Shown one piece after another: positions 10,232-20,036 of a DNA stretch of 64,000 nt. This DNA comes from Escherichia phage OliverMaurmann_Bas86: sequence record PQ850622.1; one strand, given 5' to 3'. The stretch's first letter is position 1, and each line of letters opens with the position of its first letter. The translations under genes and the position numbers were made by a program. The notes under the pieces are model-generated. The model was not told the origin of the DNA and ran no database searches. It saw only the letters and a list, made by a program, of their open reading frames with translations.

Positions 10232-11200
10232 ATGGCTTTATTCGGTGGTGGGAGTAGCAAGACTACTTCTAAAATGACAAGACCTGACTACATTCAGTCC
10301 TATATTGATCAGTTGGTCAATCAGGTTAATAACACTAGTTCAGGCGATTATGTGTATCGAGAAAATGTTGGACTTAATCAAAACCAGCAAGAAGCTCTGA
10401 ACAATCTATCACAATCTGGTGCATTAGGTGCACTTTCTTCTCAGTATATGGATGCTGCTCAATCTGGCTTAGGTTATCTAGATAATGCATACTCTGGATA
10501 TAACAACCTGTCTAACTCTGGTCAAATCACTGGGGAACAGATTGGTGCTCTTGCAGGCCAGCTCTATGACGATGAGGCTGTGCAAGCAGCTATTGCAGCG
10601 AATAATGAACAAACCCAACAGAGTTTGGCTAGGAATGCACTTCCTCAAATCTCTCAGCAGTTTGCTGGTCAGCAAGGTTCTGGTGCACGTATGGCTAAAT
10701 CTTTTGCTCAAGGTGATGCTCTGAACCAGATGCAGAACACAGCAACCAATATTACTAATAGTGCTTATGACTCCGCTCTAACTCAAGCACAGAACATTCT
10801 TTCTGGTAATAGACAAACACAAGCATCTGCTTTGGGTGGTTTATCTAACATTGGCTCCAATCTTGCTAATCTAGGAAACCAAGCTGGTCAGTTATCACAA
10901 CAGCAAATGATGAATCAGTGGAATGCAGGACTGCAACAGCAGCAACAACAGCAGTCTGATTTGAACAATGCTTATGAGAATGCTCAGAATGCCGCTAATT
11001 GGGGTTGGCAGGATATTAACAATCAACTAGGTGCTGCTGGGGTTCTTAATGGAGCTTTAGGGACAACCACAACTACTAAAACATCTGGTGGTAGTGGAGG
11101 CTTCCTAGGTGGTGCTGCTAGCGGTGCTGCTGCTGGCTCAGCTTTTGGCCCTTGGGGTGCTTTAGCTGGCGGTGTTATCGGTGGCTTAGCTAGCTCTTAA
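10232..11200 (+). CDS. Q/N/G-rich low-complexity virion protein (paralog 2)
   Basis: MALFGGGSSKTT start, NVGLNQNQQEALNNL motif, poly-Q, GGxxGxxAG C-tail. Confidence 0.6.
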   Translation: MALFGGGSSKTTSKMTRPDYIQSYIDQLVNQVNNTSSGDYVYRENVGLNQNQQEALNNLSQSGALGALSSQYMDAAQSGLGYLDNAYSGYNNLSNSGQITGEQIGALAGQLYDDEAVQAAIAANNEQTQQSLARNALPQISQQFAGQQGSGARMAKSFAQGDALNQMQNTATNITNSAYDSALTQAQNILSGNRQTQASALGGLSNIGSNLANLGNQAGQLSQQQMMNQWNAGLQQQQQQQSDLNNAYENAQNAANWGWQDINNQLGAAGVLNGALGTTTTTKTSGGSGGFLGGAASGAAAGSAFGPWGALAGGVIGGLASS

Positions 11201-11214
11201 TTAGGAGAATAATT

Positions 11215-12882
11215 ATGCAACAAACTTCTTATGCGTATCTTCGCAGTCAAGACCCAAGAAATCAGATTTATGGTGTTAAACAAGGGGCCGCTTCGGCCTC
11301 TCCATACATGGCAAGACCTGCTTACCCAGCTGCTGATGTTTCAATGTATAGTCAGAGACCTCCTGCCTCTCCTGTAGGTTTATCCTCTCTTGTTGCTACT
11401 GCTCAAGAAGACCAAGAAGCTATGTTAAATCCGGGATTTAGGCAGCGCCTTATGGAAGCAGAGAATCAAGGGACTCCTACAAGCCTTCAGGGTATTGATA
11501 TTGGCGAACCAGCTCCTGCTATGAATAACCCAGATCTATCCTCTGATGAGGGTCTACAAGCTGCTGGGTTGATGCCTAGTGACCCACTTCCTGTTACTCC
11601 TCCTCGTAAACCTCTGGAAGAAACAGATAAAGAGTTCTCTCCAGTTCAGGTGGAACAGGCTCAGAATGTTATTAACACTTTAGCTAATAGTAATCCAGCT
11701 CCTGAAGGTATGGCTGGTGCAACTCGTGCTAAAGACCAAGAACGTATTAATAATGATATTATGGAAGTAGCTAAAGCTAAAGATCCAGCACAAGCTTGGA
11801 ATGAGCTTCAGAAGCAACCGTTCTACCAGAAGTCTAGTTTCTATACTGGCTTAATGGGTGTTGGTCTTTCTATCATGTCAGGTAAATCCCCTATTGAAGC
11901 TTTCCAGATTGGTTCTGGCTTAGCTGCTCAGGATGAAACTAAACAACAACTAGAAGCCAACCGTGATGCTCTGTTAGAACAAGGCTATTCTCAAGATTCA
12001 GTTGCTGCTGCAATTGCTTCGGGAGATCCCTCCCTTCTCAAAATGCGTCAGATTAGTCCTCAGGAGAAGATGGCTCTTGCTGCTCAGGATGAAGAACGTG
12101 CTAATCGTGAGTGGGATAGACGTCAACAGATTCAAGAGAATTCGATGCGGGAACGTGCTGCTGAAACTCGTCGTGCTGCTGAAGAACGTGCTAATGCTCA
12201 GTTCGAGAAACAGAAAGAACTTATTGGATATCGTGATCAAGTTAAAGCAGAGCGTGCAGAGAAGGCTGCTCAGAGCTTTACTTTCAACCCTAAAGAAGTT
12301 CGTCTGGCTCAGAACACAGCAGAAGGTACAGTTGCTAAGCAGTGGGCAGAGAAAGCAGGTCTGTTCAACCAGTCTCATAAGGACTTGGATTTAGCAGACA
12401 AAGCTGTTAAGGATAAGGATTACCAAACTGCTCGTTCTGCTTACATGCAGGCTATTATGAACTCCGCAAGGGCAGAAATTGGTGCTAACCGTTCTCTCCA
12501 AGCTGATGACTTGGCTCACTTTGCAGAAGACCCGTCAATCTTCGTTAAGGTTGGTAATACTTGGTCCCTTAAAGCAGGCTATCGTCCTTCTGATGCTGCT
12601 CTGTCATATGCTCGTAAGCAGGCAACTGTTGGTGCTACTTCCGCTGAGAAAGGTGTGAAGGATGCTAAGAAAGCAACAATTGAGGCATATATCGGTTCTG
12701 GTATGGATAAGAAAAGAGCTACAGCTCTTGTCAACCGTGCTATCCCATCTGCTGGTTTCTATGACCCATTCGGTACGTTTGAGAGTGAAGCTGAAGCAGC
12801 TGTTGGTGGAGATACTACAAATCCTCGCTTAACAGGTGCTCTTTCTTCTTCAGCGGCAGATACGAGTTGGATGTTCCAGTAA
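11215..12882 (+). CDS. Hypothetical internal virion protein
   Basis: 555-aa ORF with RBS in the late operon. Charged coiled-coil middle part. Confidence 0.6.
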   Translation: MQQTSYAYLRSQDPRNQIYGVKQGAASASPYMARPAYPAADVSMYSQRPPASPVGLSSLVATAQEDQEAMLNPGFRQRLMEAENQGTPTSLQGIDIGEPAPAMNNPDLSSDEGLQAAGLMPSDPLPVTPPRKPLEETDKEFSPVQVEQAQNVINTLANSNPAPEGMAGATRAKDQERINNDIMEVAKAKDPAQAWNELQKQPFYQKSSFYTGLMGVGLSIMSGKSPIEAFQIGSGLAAQDETKQQLEANRDALLEQGYSQDSVAAAIASGDPSLLKMRQISPQEKMALAAQDEERANREWDRRQQIQENSMRERAAETRRAAEERANAQFEKQKELIGYRDQVKAERAEKAAQSFTFNPKEVRLAQNTAEGTVAKQWAEKAGLFNQSHKDLDLADKAVKDKDYQTARSAYMQAIMNSARAEIGANRSLQADDLAHFAEDPSIFVKVGNTWSLKAGYRPSDAALSYARKQATVGATSAEKGVKDAKKATIEAYIGSGMDKKRATALVNRAIPSAGFYDPFGTFESEAEAAVGGDTTNPRLTGALSSSAADTSWMFQ

Positions 12883-12894
12883 TCTAAGACCTAA

Positions 12895-12940
12895 GTCCTA
12901 TCTCTTATAATGTATATAGGAGGTAGGACATTTTTATTTA
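12895..12940 (+). terminator. Hairpin plus T-run whose loop carries the phage promoter motif
   Basis: GTCCTATCTC (12895-12904) pairs with GAGGTAGGAC (12920-12929), followed by ATTTTTATTT. The 15-nt loop is TTATAATGTATATAG. Confidence 0.5.
12908..12918 (+). promoter_or_regulatory. Candidate phage-sigma promoter element TAATGTATATA
   Basis: Lies 35 nt upstream of ATG 12953. The same 10-mer AATGTATATA recurs at 22900(+), 22835(-) and 33801(-). Confidence 0.55.
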
Positions 12941-12952
12941 TAAGGAGACGTT

Positions 12953-15900
12953 ATGGCTAATTTAAAATCGTGGGAAGAAGCTTCCAAAGCTCCTGCGTAT
13001 CTGAATGCCTCTCCAGAGCAACAGGCTCAAATGAGAGAACAATACAAGGCAGCAGGGGGCACTATTCCTGAGACTCAACCACAAGAGCAACCACAACAAG
13101 AAGAACGAGGTGTTATTGGGGAGTTTGCTCAAGGTGTGTCTAACGCTCTTCAATCAGGTGGTGCTAACATTGCAGCTAGTGCTGCTAAAGGTTTAGGTGG
13201 GCTGGTAGAGATTGGTGAAAACCTAACTGGTTCGGAAACAAGCTATGGTAAGCGCATTCAAGAGAACTCTAAGCAATTGCTGGAAGAACGCTTATCCAAG
13301 ATAGAAGATGGTTTTGGTAAAACAGCTGGTCAGTATGCTGGTGTTGCTGCTGATATTGGTTTGACAGTTGCAAACCCTGCTGTTGCTGCTGCTGTTATCG
13401 CAGCTCGTGAAACAGGTCGTGCTTATGCTGATCAAACTCCTAAAGAAGATGAAGATAAGTCAATCTTAGATGCTGCTCTTGTTGGTGGTGCTAACTACGC
13501 TGCTCAGAAGATACTTCCGGGCATGACTGGTACAGCTTCTACTACTCTAGGTCGTGTAGGACAAAGCGTAGCCTCTAACGCGGTTGCTGGTGCTAAGGGT
13601 GGTGCTATTGTTGGTGCTGCTGAAGCTCAGAACAAATATGGAGATGATACTACTCTAGCTAATGTCTTAGAAGGGGCTATTGAAGAAGGTGCACTCGGTG
13701 CCGCTTATGGTGGGGCGATTGGTGGGGTTCATGGGTTAATAAGTCGTCCTAGTCCTCAAGTGTTTGATCGTACTCCTGAGCATGTTAAGACTGACATTGC
13801 TGCTGAAGATGAGGCTATTCGTAAAGCTGCTAACGCTGATGAACTTCGTGAAGCCTATGCTAAAGCTGAGAATGCTAATGCTGCCTCTGCTTTAAACCTT
13901 CTGGATGAAAATGGTTTCCGAATCACAGATGCAGTTGCTATGGACTCTCCTGCTGTTCAACGTATATTAAATACAGATCAAAATCGTGCAGAGAAGGCTG
14001 CTACGGTTCAGAAAGATAGTTCTAACGTTCCCGGTCTTAATCCTTTAGCTTCTCCTAAGAAGACTCAAGGTAAAGCTTTTGCTGACAATGAGTACAACCA
14101 GAAACAAGCTGTGGCAATGAAAGATGCAATGGCTGACTACACTAAAGATAACACCAAAGCCCTTACTGATGTTCTAGACAATCTAGACCGAGAGTTAGTA
14201 GCTCTGAGAGCAAGTGGTGATTTTACTGGTAGTGCTATTGACATTAAAAACCGTACTCAAGCTGATCGTGATTTTATTGATGCTTATAAAACTTTTTACA
14301 GTGAAGCTAATCGTTTCAAAGCTCGTGATGGTGAAGACCTAAACAACTTCATTGATAAAGCTACTCAGTTGCAGAAGCTCTCTGAAAATGTTTCTCCAGA
14401 AATGAAGAAGGCCATTGGTGGATTAAAGAAACTAAAAGGTATGCCTGAAGGTTTTAACCCTATCCAAGATGCTTTCACTCTGAATAATACAGCTAAGTTC
14501 ATGAGTAACCAAGACCGTGGTTGGACCTCTCTGACTGATGACGGTTTTCGTGAAGCTCCGGCTCCTGTGTTAGTTAAGAATCCTCTCGGTGCAGCCAAGT
14601 ATGTACTTAACCGCTTTACTTCCGATCGTGCTCGTGCTCAACGTGAGAAGCAACAGTCAGCTAATAGCGAAGCTATCCGCTCTTTGGCTAGGGCTGATTT
14701 AGAAGTACAACGAGCTAGGACTCAGGCTGAAGAAGCAAGAGCAAAAATGGAAGAAGAACCAACCACAGAAGACATCAAATTCCGTACTCAAAATGATGCA
14801 CCTTCCGAACCGGTTCGTGAGGAGCCTTCTGCTACTACTGTGACAGAAGAAATTCCTTCCTCTCCAGCTCCAACTGAAACACCTCTTACTGCGAGGGATC
14901 TAGTTGCTCAAAGACGTGCTCTCCAACAAGCAGAGCTTAGACGTCAAGAAACTGAAGCTGCTCAGGCTCAAGAAAGTGCTACACCAGAACCTGAACCACA
15001 GCAAGAAGCTCTTACAGCTAGAGAATTAGTAGCTCAGCGTAGGGCTGTAGCAGAGGCTAAGAAACGTCAAGAGGCAGAGGAAGCAGAACGTGCTAAAGAA
15101 GCTCCTGAGGAGGCCGTAGAAGAGCCTAAAGAGAAACCTGAGCCATTACCTGCTCGTGCTCCTAAAGCTCCTGAGAAGGCTCCTGAGCCTGTTAAACCAT
15201 CACTCGGTGTAGAGCGTCTGGCTTCTATGTCAACTGCTGCCCGTCAGGCAACAAAAGATCGTGCTGACCGATTTGCTCGTTCTTTGTATTCGGCTGCTGC
15301 TAAAGCTAAAGCTACTGCGGAAAACTTCCTTTCTTATAAAGGAGACCCTAAAGAGCTTATGCGTCGTATCCGTCAGGAAGACCAAGCAAACAACACACAG
15401 CGTCATGAAGAGATGGCTAGAAATCAACTGGCTTCCCAGCAAGGCATTGCTTCTGCTAAATCTCAACATGTTCGTGCCTCTTTTGCTGATTGGGTAAAAG
15501 AACGTGGGTTGCCTTCTGATATCGCTACTAAAGCCTTACGGGCTGAAGAGAAAGGTTTAGGTGGGAACGTCACAAGCCTAGATTCACTGAAACGAAGAGC
15601 TGAACGTTTATATCAGAAACAGAGAGATGATGAATTTGACCGTCTCTATCGAGAGGCTCTGGAAGAGAATAAAGCGTTTGACAAGAAAGATGCTCCTAAA
15701 CTGGTAGATCAGAAGAAAGAACTTCAGGATGAAATTGGTACACTGCTTGATGCAGAACCTTTACGTCCTGCTCAGAAAGATGCTATGCGTAAGATCATGG
15801 AAGACTTTGTGGAGAGTAAGTTTAAATCTTCAGAGAAAGCTGGAAGGGTTGAGGCTTTGGAAGTTGGTCAAATGAAGGATGTGTGGGATGGGTTTATTAA

Positions 15901-17398
15901 TACCTATAACCGAGAAGTTAACATGTTCAACAAGGCTAACAAGAACTCTCAATACGAAGCAGCGGCTAAACACTTGCAAGCACGTCAAGAACGTCTTGAG
16001 ACGCTCCGTAACAGAGCTAAGGCTCGTAATGATGCCAAGGCAGCTATGGAAGCTGAAAAGCAGTCATTGGAAGCTATAGCGGCTCAGAAATCCGAGATGG
16101 AGAAGATGTTCAAAGAGTTGCCTGAAAGTGTCAGAGAAGCTCAGGAAGGTCGTACTTTGAAACAGCTTGCTGCTCACCACGATAAAAACTCTCCAGTACC
16201 ACCAGAGCGTTTCCGTAGTATTATTGAACGTATTCACAACGCTGAGAGTGATTACCTCGATCGCAAACGTCGTTTGACCGAAGCAGAGGAAGATGCTCGT
16301 GAGGCTAAGTGGAATAGGATGTATGAACAGGCTGAGGAAATGAACCGTAGGTTTGATATTGATTCTAGAGTGAAGAGAGACAAGGCTCTGAAAGAAGCTC
16401 AGGAACGAGAGAATGACCTAATGGCAGTTCAACGTCAACGTGATGACATTCATAAACGTTTAGTCAACACTCTGGAAGAGAAGGGGGTTTCTAGAGAGGA
16501 TGCTGAAGCGTATGCTGGTTCTTATATGGACAATCGGTATGCTTTGTTAGAGAAACCTATGACTCCAGTGGAACATCAGAATGCTCGTGCTCGTATCGAA
16601 TCTGACGTAGAGAAGTTTGTTAAGAAGTATGAAACAGCTACTCCAATCGAAAGAGAGATTGCTAAGGCAACTGGTGATGCAGATGGGAAAGCTTCTGACC
16701 TTGATGCAGAAACAGCAAAAGCTATCGAAGATGCTCGTAAAGTTGATTCTGATTTTAAGAAACTTTTAGATGAAGAGAAAGAAATGGAGAAGATTCGTTC
16801 GGCTCTACCTGAGGATGAAAGATCTCAGGCTAACTCTGATATTCTTGAAAGTATTAAGAAGCAGGAAGATGACTTTGCTAACAAAGCAGAGAAAGCTTTT
16901 ATTGAAGGGAAAGACTTGCAGGAGTTGGCGAGTGTTGCAGAGGTTCTAGATAGGGTTCATGGTGCAGATAAGGCTGGTAACAACCGTCGATTTGTACGTG
17001 CTCTACAGACTGCTGCTGAGAACAAGAAACGTTATGGAGATAATCCAGTGGCTTGGTTTAGTGCTGATGATTATTCTGCTATTGCGAAACTTGGTGCTGC
17101 TTCGGCAGGTGGTAACAAATCTCGAGCACTTGAGAAAATCTTTGGTTCTACAGCAGAACAAGCTAAAGGGAAACTTTTAGGGAGGGATGATGTAGCTAAG
17201 ATTAGACGTGTGATTGAAGCGAATCCTAATGCTAAGATTCCTTCTTACAAGACAACTACTCGACAAGAGTATTTACAGTTCTTGGAGAAGTATAATGATG
17301 AGGGAGAGTTGAAAGTCAAACGTGGTTCTCTGTCTGACAAGTTAGAAAGGGGTAAGCGTCAAGCTAAACTTCGTGTTAGAGTTCGAGCTAAGGAGTAA
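12953..17398 (+). CDS. Very large (1481 aa) internal virion/ejection-type protein
   Basis: Gly/Ala-rich hydrophobic N-part followed by a very long E/K/A/R coiled coil. Internal tandem repeat LTAR(D/E)LVAQRRA. Confidence 0.7.
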   Translation: MANLKSWEEASKAPAYLNASPEQQAQMREQYKAAGGTIPETQPQEQPQQEERGVIGEFAQGVSNALQSGGANIAASAAKGLGGLVEIGENLTGSETSYGKRIQENSKQLLEERLSKIEDGFGKTAGQYAGVAADIGLTVANPAVAAAVIAARETGRAYADQTPKEDEDKSILDAALVGGANYAAQKILPGMTGTASTTLGRVGQSVASNAVAGAKGGAIVGAAEAQNKYGDDTTLANVLEGAIEEGALGAAYGGAIGGVHGLISRPSPQVFDRTPEHVKTDIAAEDEAIRKAANADELREAYAKAENANAASALNLLDENGFRITDAVAMDSPAVQRILNTDQNRAEKAATVQKDSSNVPGLNPLASPKKTQGKAFADNEYNQKQAVAMKDAMADYTKDNTKALTDVLDNLDRELVALRASGDFTGSAIDIKNRTQADRDFIDAYKTFYSEANRFKARDGEDLNNFIDKATQLQKLSENVSPEMKKAIGGLKKLKGMPEGFNPIQDAFTLNNTAKFMSNQDRGWTSLTDDGFREAPAPVLVKNPLGAAKYVLNRFTSDRARAQREKQQSANSEAIRSLARADLEVQRARTQAEEARAKMEEEPTTEDIKFRTQNDAPSEPVREEPSATTVTEEIPSSPAPTETPLTARDLVAQRRALQQAELRRQETEAAQAQESATPEPEPQQEALTARELVAQRRAVAEAKKRQEAEEAERAKEAPEEAVEEPKEKPEPLPARAPKAPEKAPEPVKPSLGVERLASMSTAARQATKDRADRFARSLYSAAAKAKATAENFLSYKGDPKELMRRIRQEDQANNTQRHEEMARNQLASQQGIASAKSQHVRASFADWVKERGLPSDIATKALRAEEKGLGGNVTSLDSLKRRAERLYQKQRDDEFDRLYREALEENKAFDKKDAPKLVDQKKELQDEIGTLLDAEPLRPAQKDAMRKIMEDFVESKFKSSEKAGRVEALEVGQMKDVWDGFINTYNREVNMFNKANKNSQYEAAAKHLQARQERLETLRNRAKARNDAKAAMEAEKQSLEAIAAQKSEMEKMFKELPESVREAQEGRTLKQLAAHHDKNSPVPPERFRSIIERIHNAESDYLDRKRRLTEAEEDAREAKWNRMYEQAEEMNRRFDIDSRVKRDKALKEAQERENDLMAVQRQRDDIHKRLVNTLEEKGVSREDAEAYAGSYMDNRYALLEKPMTPVEHQNARARIESDVEKFVKKYETATPIEREIAKATGDADGKASDLDAETAKAIEDARKVDSDFKKLLDEEKEMEKIRSALPEDERSQANSDILESIKKQEDDFANKAEKAFIEGKDLQELASVAEVLDRVHGADKAGNNRRFVRALQTAAENKKRYGDNPVAWFSADDYSAIAKLGAASAGGNKSRALEKIFGSTAEQAKGKLLGRDDVAKIRRVIEANPNAKIPSYKTTTRQEYLQFLEKYNDEGELKVKRGSLSDKLERGKRQAKLRVRVRAKE

Positions 17399-17406
17399 AC
17401 AAGAAA

Positions 17407-17443
17407 AGCCCCCAACCTGAAAAGGAAGGGGGCTTCTTTATTT
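17407..17443. terminator. Bidirectional terminator between convergent operons
   Basis: AGCCCCC (17407-13) pairs with GGGGGCT (17428-34), flanked by an A run upstream and a T run downstream. Confidence 0.7.
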
Positions 17444-17495
17444 CTAGATGTTAGAATCCATCGAATTCATCATACATCCCAATTTTCTTCTTCAA

Positions 17496-17762
17496 TCACA
17501 AGACCTCCCAATCATCTGCAAACAAATCACCCTGAGATGGAACCCATCCGGGTTGCATAATACCCTGAGCATTCTTTAAGTCTAAATGAGGGGCGATGAC
17601 GAATCGACCAGTGATGCCAGCTTTTTCATAATCAGAACCCGGTCGAGCTTCTTCTACTTCATATCCACCTTCTTTGATGATGAACTGATTTGCACCATTC
17701 CAACCAGAGCGAGCAATCCTCTTCCCTTCTTTTACTTTAATAAGCGCTGAACTGAAATCCAT
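17496..17762 (-). CDS. DUF2829-family protein (Tad2-like candidate)
   Basis: MDFSSALIKVKEGKRIARSGWNG start and a W-P-S-x-x-D-L-F-A-D-D-W-E C-terminus fit my recollection of the DUF2829 profile. Confidence 0.7.
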   Translation of the reverse strand: MDFSSALIKVKEGKRIARSGWNGANQFIIKEGGYEVEEARPGSDYEKAGITGRFVIAPHLDLKNAQGIMQPGWVPSQGDLFADDWEVL

Positions 17763-17770
17763 TTGTTCTC

Positions 17771-18073
17771 CTAGATTAAATCGTAATACTTAATAATATC
17801 AGAGAGCTTAAACTCTCGAATGTCATTCTTATCATTGTCCCAAGCGGTCATTATCCAACAAGGTTTGCCCCCATTATGATAACGGGAAGAAGCAACTGAG
17901 GTTCGTAAAGGAATAACGGAGCGGTCTGCAATCTCGCCTCTCCAATTACGATAGCTAAAGCGAAGAACTTGTTTCGTAGATACTTGATCATGTGTGTTTT
18001 CCTTGTTCATAGATTCAAAGATTTCCCTTTCTTCAGGAGTCTCTAGATTTTTTAAATTCGCGTCTTGCATCAT
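17771..18073 (-). CDS. Hypothetical protein, WYL-like pattern
   Basis: FSYRNWRGEIADRSVIPL..CWIMTAWDNDKNDIREFKLSDI resembles the WYL domain pattern (weak). Confidence 0.45.
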   Translation of the reverse strand: MMQDANLKNLETPEEREIFESMNKENTHDQVSTKQVLRFSYRNWRGEIADRSVIPLRTSVASSRYHNGGKPCWIMTAWDNDKNDIREFKLSDIIKYYDLI

Positions 18074-18437
18074 TCTCTTCCTTAGTTTTTATCTTATGGC
18101 AAGGCTCTTTGCATAAGACTTGAAAACCATCTTTCTCAACTAAAGCCCTCTCGATGATTTCATCCCAAGTAGCTTCATGGTCCACTGGGACAATAGGCTC
18201 TATATGGTCTACTGCTACGTCTTTAAGAGGAGAATCATTACCACACATAGCACACTTATAGTGCATTGCCAGTTTGCCAGTTTTAGGGTTGATTTTACGT
18301 TCTGTCTGAGCCTCTTTGAGAGAATCAAACATAGGTTTCCATTTCCTAGTCAGAGAACGAATCCCTGACTTAATGAAGGAGTTATAACGTGCTTCAGTCC
18401 ACTGACCAGAGCATCTTGTCTTCTCAGCTTTCGCCAT
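18033..18437 (-). CDS. HNH endonuclease
   Basis: CAMCGN..VAVDHIEPIVPVDH..LCKEPCHKIKT gives a CxxC..DH..H..CH arrangement. Confidence 0.65.
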   Translation of the reverse strand: MAKAEKTRCSGQWTEARYNSFIKSGIRSLTRKWKPMFDSLKEAQTERKINPKTGKLAMHYKCAMCGNDSPLKDVAVDHIEPIVPVDHEATWDEIIERALVEKDGFQVLCKEPCHKIKTKEENDARREFKKSRDS

Positions 18438-18615
18438 AACCTACATCCATATCAGCGTCTTCCCAAATGCGTTTATTGACTCGGTGTGATTCTTTATCAG
18501 CACGAGGGATACGACCTGTGCGACGATCAAATGCTTGGTGCTTAATCTTTTGATCTTTACGAGATTCACGAGTAGAGGAGTTTTCATCATACGAACGATA
18601 GTCAAATTTACCCAT
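18424..18615 (-). CDS. Small basic hypothetical protein
   Basis: 63-aa ORF that fits the gap between coupled genes. Confidence 0.4.
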   Translation of the reverse strand: MGKFDYRSYDENSSTRESRKDQKIKHQAFDRRTGRIPRADKESHRVNKRIWEDADMDVGYGES

Positions 18616-18628
18616 TATAATATCCTTA

Positions 18629-19447
18629 TTACCAAGTTTTATCTAACCATGACCAATCAAAGAGGTCACCTTCAGCTTGTCCAACGAAGAGCAATCGAGC
18701 ATTTTCTAACATCTTAGCTTCTGCTTCTTCCTCGAACCTTTTATAGTATTCCATTCGTATAATATGATAAAGAGTCCACTTATCGAATACCTTCTCAATA
18801 AGTTTGATTGCAGCCTTACTACCAATGCCTTTACGACGCATTACTAGATTGCCACCCCACATCATTTCAACCTTCTCACCGCATCCGGGAATGTTATCTG
18901 TGCTATCCCCGATCAGCATCTGGTAGAAGAAGTTCTGCCATGCTACTTCTTCTGATACATAGTGAGGAGGTACTTCTTTCTGTCTCTCCCCGCAAGCCCA
19001 ACGGTAATGCCATCCGGGAGTGATTAACAAGTCTTTATCACGGGTGCAAATGATAGTGTTCTTATCACGTCTCTGTCTTTCAGCTAGGGCATCATCCGCC
19101 TCTCTCCCAAAAACTTCTACGTATTCGTAATTCTCTTTAATGTAATCACTGACATTTTGCCAGTGGTGAGGTCTTTCTCCCGGTGGTCGATTAGCTTTAT
19201 AACCTTGCTGCTTAGCAATATCAAACCGAAAATTACCACCTTCGCTGAAGTAAAAGATTGTTTTCTCACAACCAGACCTTGCAATGATTACATCTATTTT
19301 ATGTTGAAGTCGTTCAATCAAGAATCCATAATCAACTGGAACACGACCTGTGTCTAGAAAAGGATGCTCTTGTGTAAGAGCACCGACTTCATATCGCAGA
19401 ACATCTGCATCCACAATTGCTACTTCAGGATAGATTACATCAGACAT
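18629..19447 (-). CDS. 5'-3' exonuclease / flap endonuclease (T7 gp6-like)
   Basis: YKANR, EADD, TRDKDL and GDSTDNIPG motifs. ATG at 19447 behind ggagag is preferred over the track start at 19471. Confidence 0.75.
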   Translation of the reverse strand: MSDVIYPEVAIVDADVLRYEVGALTQEHPFLDTGRVPVDYGFLIERLQHKIDVIIARSGCEKTIFYFSEGGNFRFDIAKQQGYKANRPPGERPHHWQNVSDYIKENYEYVEVFGREADDALAERQRRDKNTIICTRDKDLLITPGWHYRWACGERQKEVPPHYVSEEVAWQNFFYQMLIGDSTDNIPGCGEKVEMMWGGNLVMRRKGIGSKAAIKLIEKVFDKWTLYHIIRMEYYKRFEEEAEAKMLENARLLFVGQAEGDLFDWSWLDKTW

Positions 19448-20036
19448 AGAGATCTCTCCGTGTCTCTTCAATAATCCACTCTAAATCATCAACTGCCTCT
19501 TCTACAGAACGGTCATTAAAGAGGAGGTAGGTTGGTAGGTTTGTTCCTTCAATATAAGAACGGGAGTCCCCTTCAAAGGAGCAGCCATCTCGGAGAATCT
19601 GAACTACTCGAACATAGAAGTGTTTCTCTAGTTCTTCAACTTCAGCTTTGAACCCACCATCAGAGAAGACGATAACATCATTCTGTGATGGGATACGTTG
19701 TTGAATACTGCTAACAGCAAGTTTACCCATGCAGGTCTCACCAAACATAGGTTTCAGATAATCCTCACTAGTTGCAATCATCAAGTCTCGAACTGACTTA
19801 CCGCCCCATTCAGGACGGATATGTTCTTTCCACTCACGGTCGTTGTACAGCTCCATGAACTTATAAAGAGGGAGACCTAATGCAGCAGCAGCCACCCGAT
19901 ACATAGGCTCCTTAAAAGCCTTTACATGCGGTCTAAACTCAGTGTTACCAGCGGTCTTCTCTAACCAAGCATTAGCGATTGTATCTTTACCACAACCCGG
20001 AGGTCCATTTAGAATTACTACTAATGGTTTACTCAT
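19440..20036 (-). CDS. P-loop kinase (dNMP kinase-like)
   Basis: Walker A in LNGPPGCGKDT. Size and genomic context resemble phage dNMP kinases. Confidence 0.55.
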   Translation of the reverse strand: MSKPLVVILNGPPGCGKDTIANAWLEKTAGNTEFRPHVKAFKEPMYRVAAAALGLPLYKFMELYNDREWKEHIRPEWGGKSVRDLMIATSEDYLKPMFGETCMGKLAVSSIQQRIPSQNDVIVFSDGGFKAEVEELEKHFYVRVVQILRDGCSFEGDSRSYIEGTNLPTYLLFNDRSVEEAVDDLEWIIEETRRDLYV

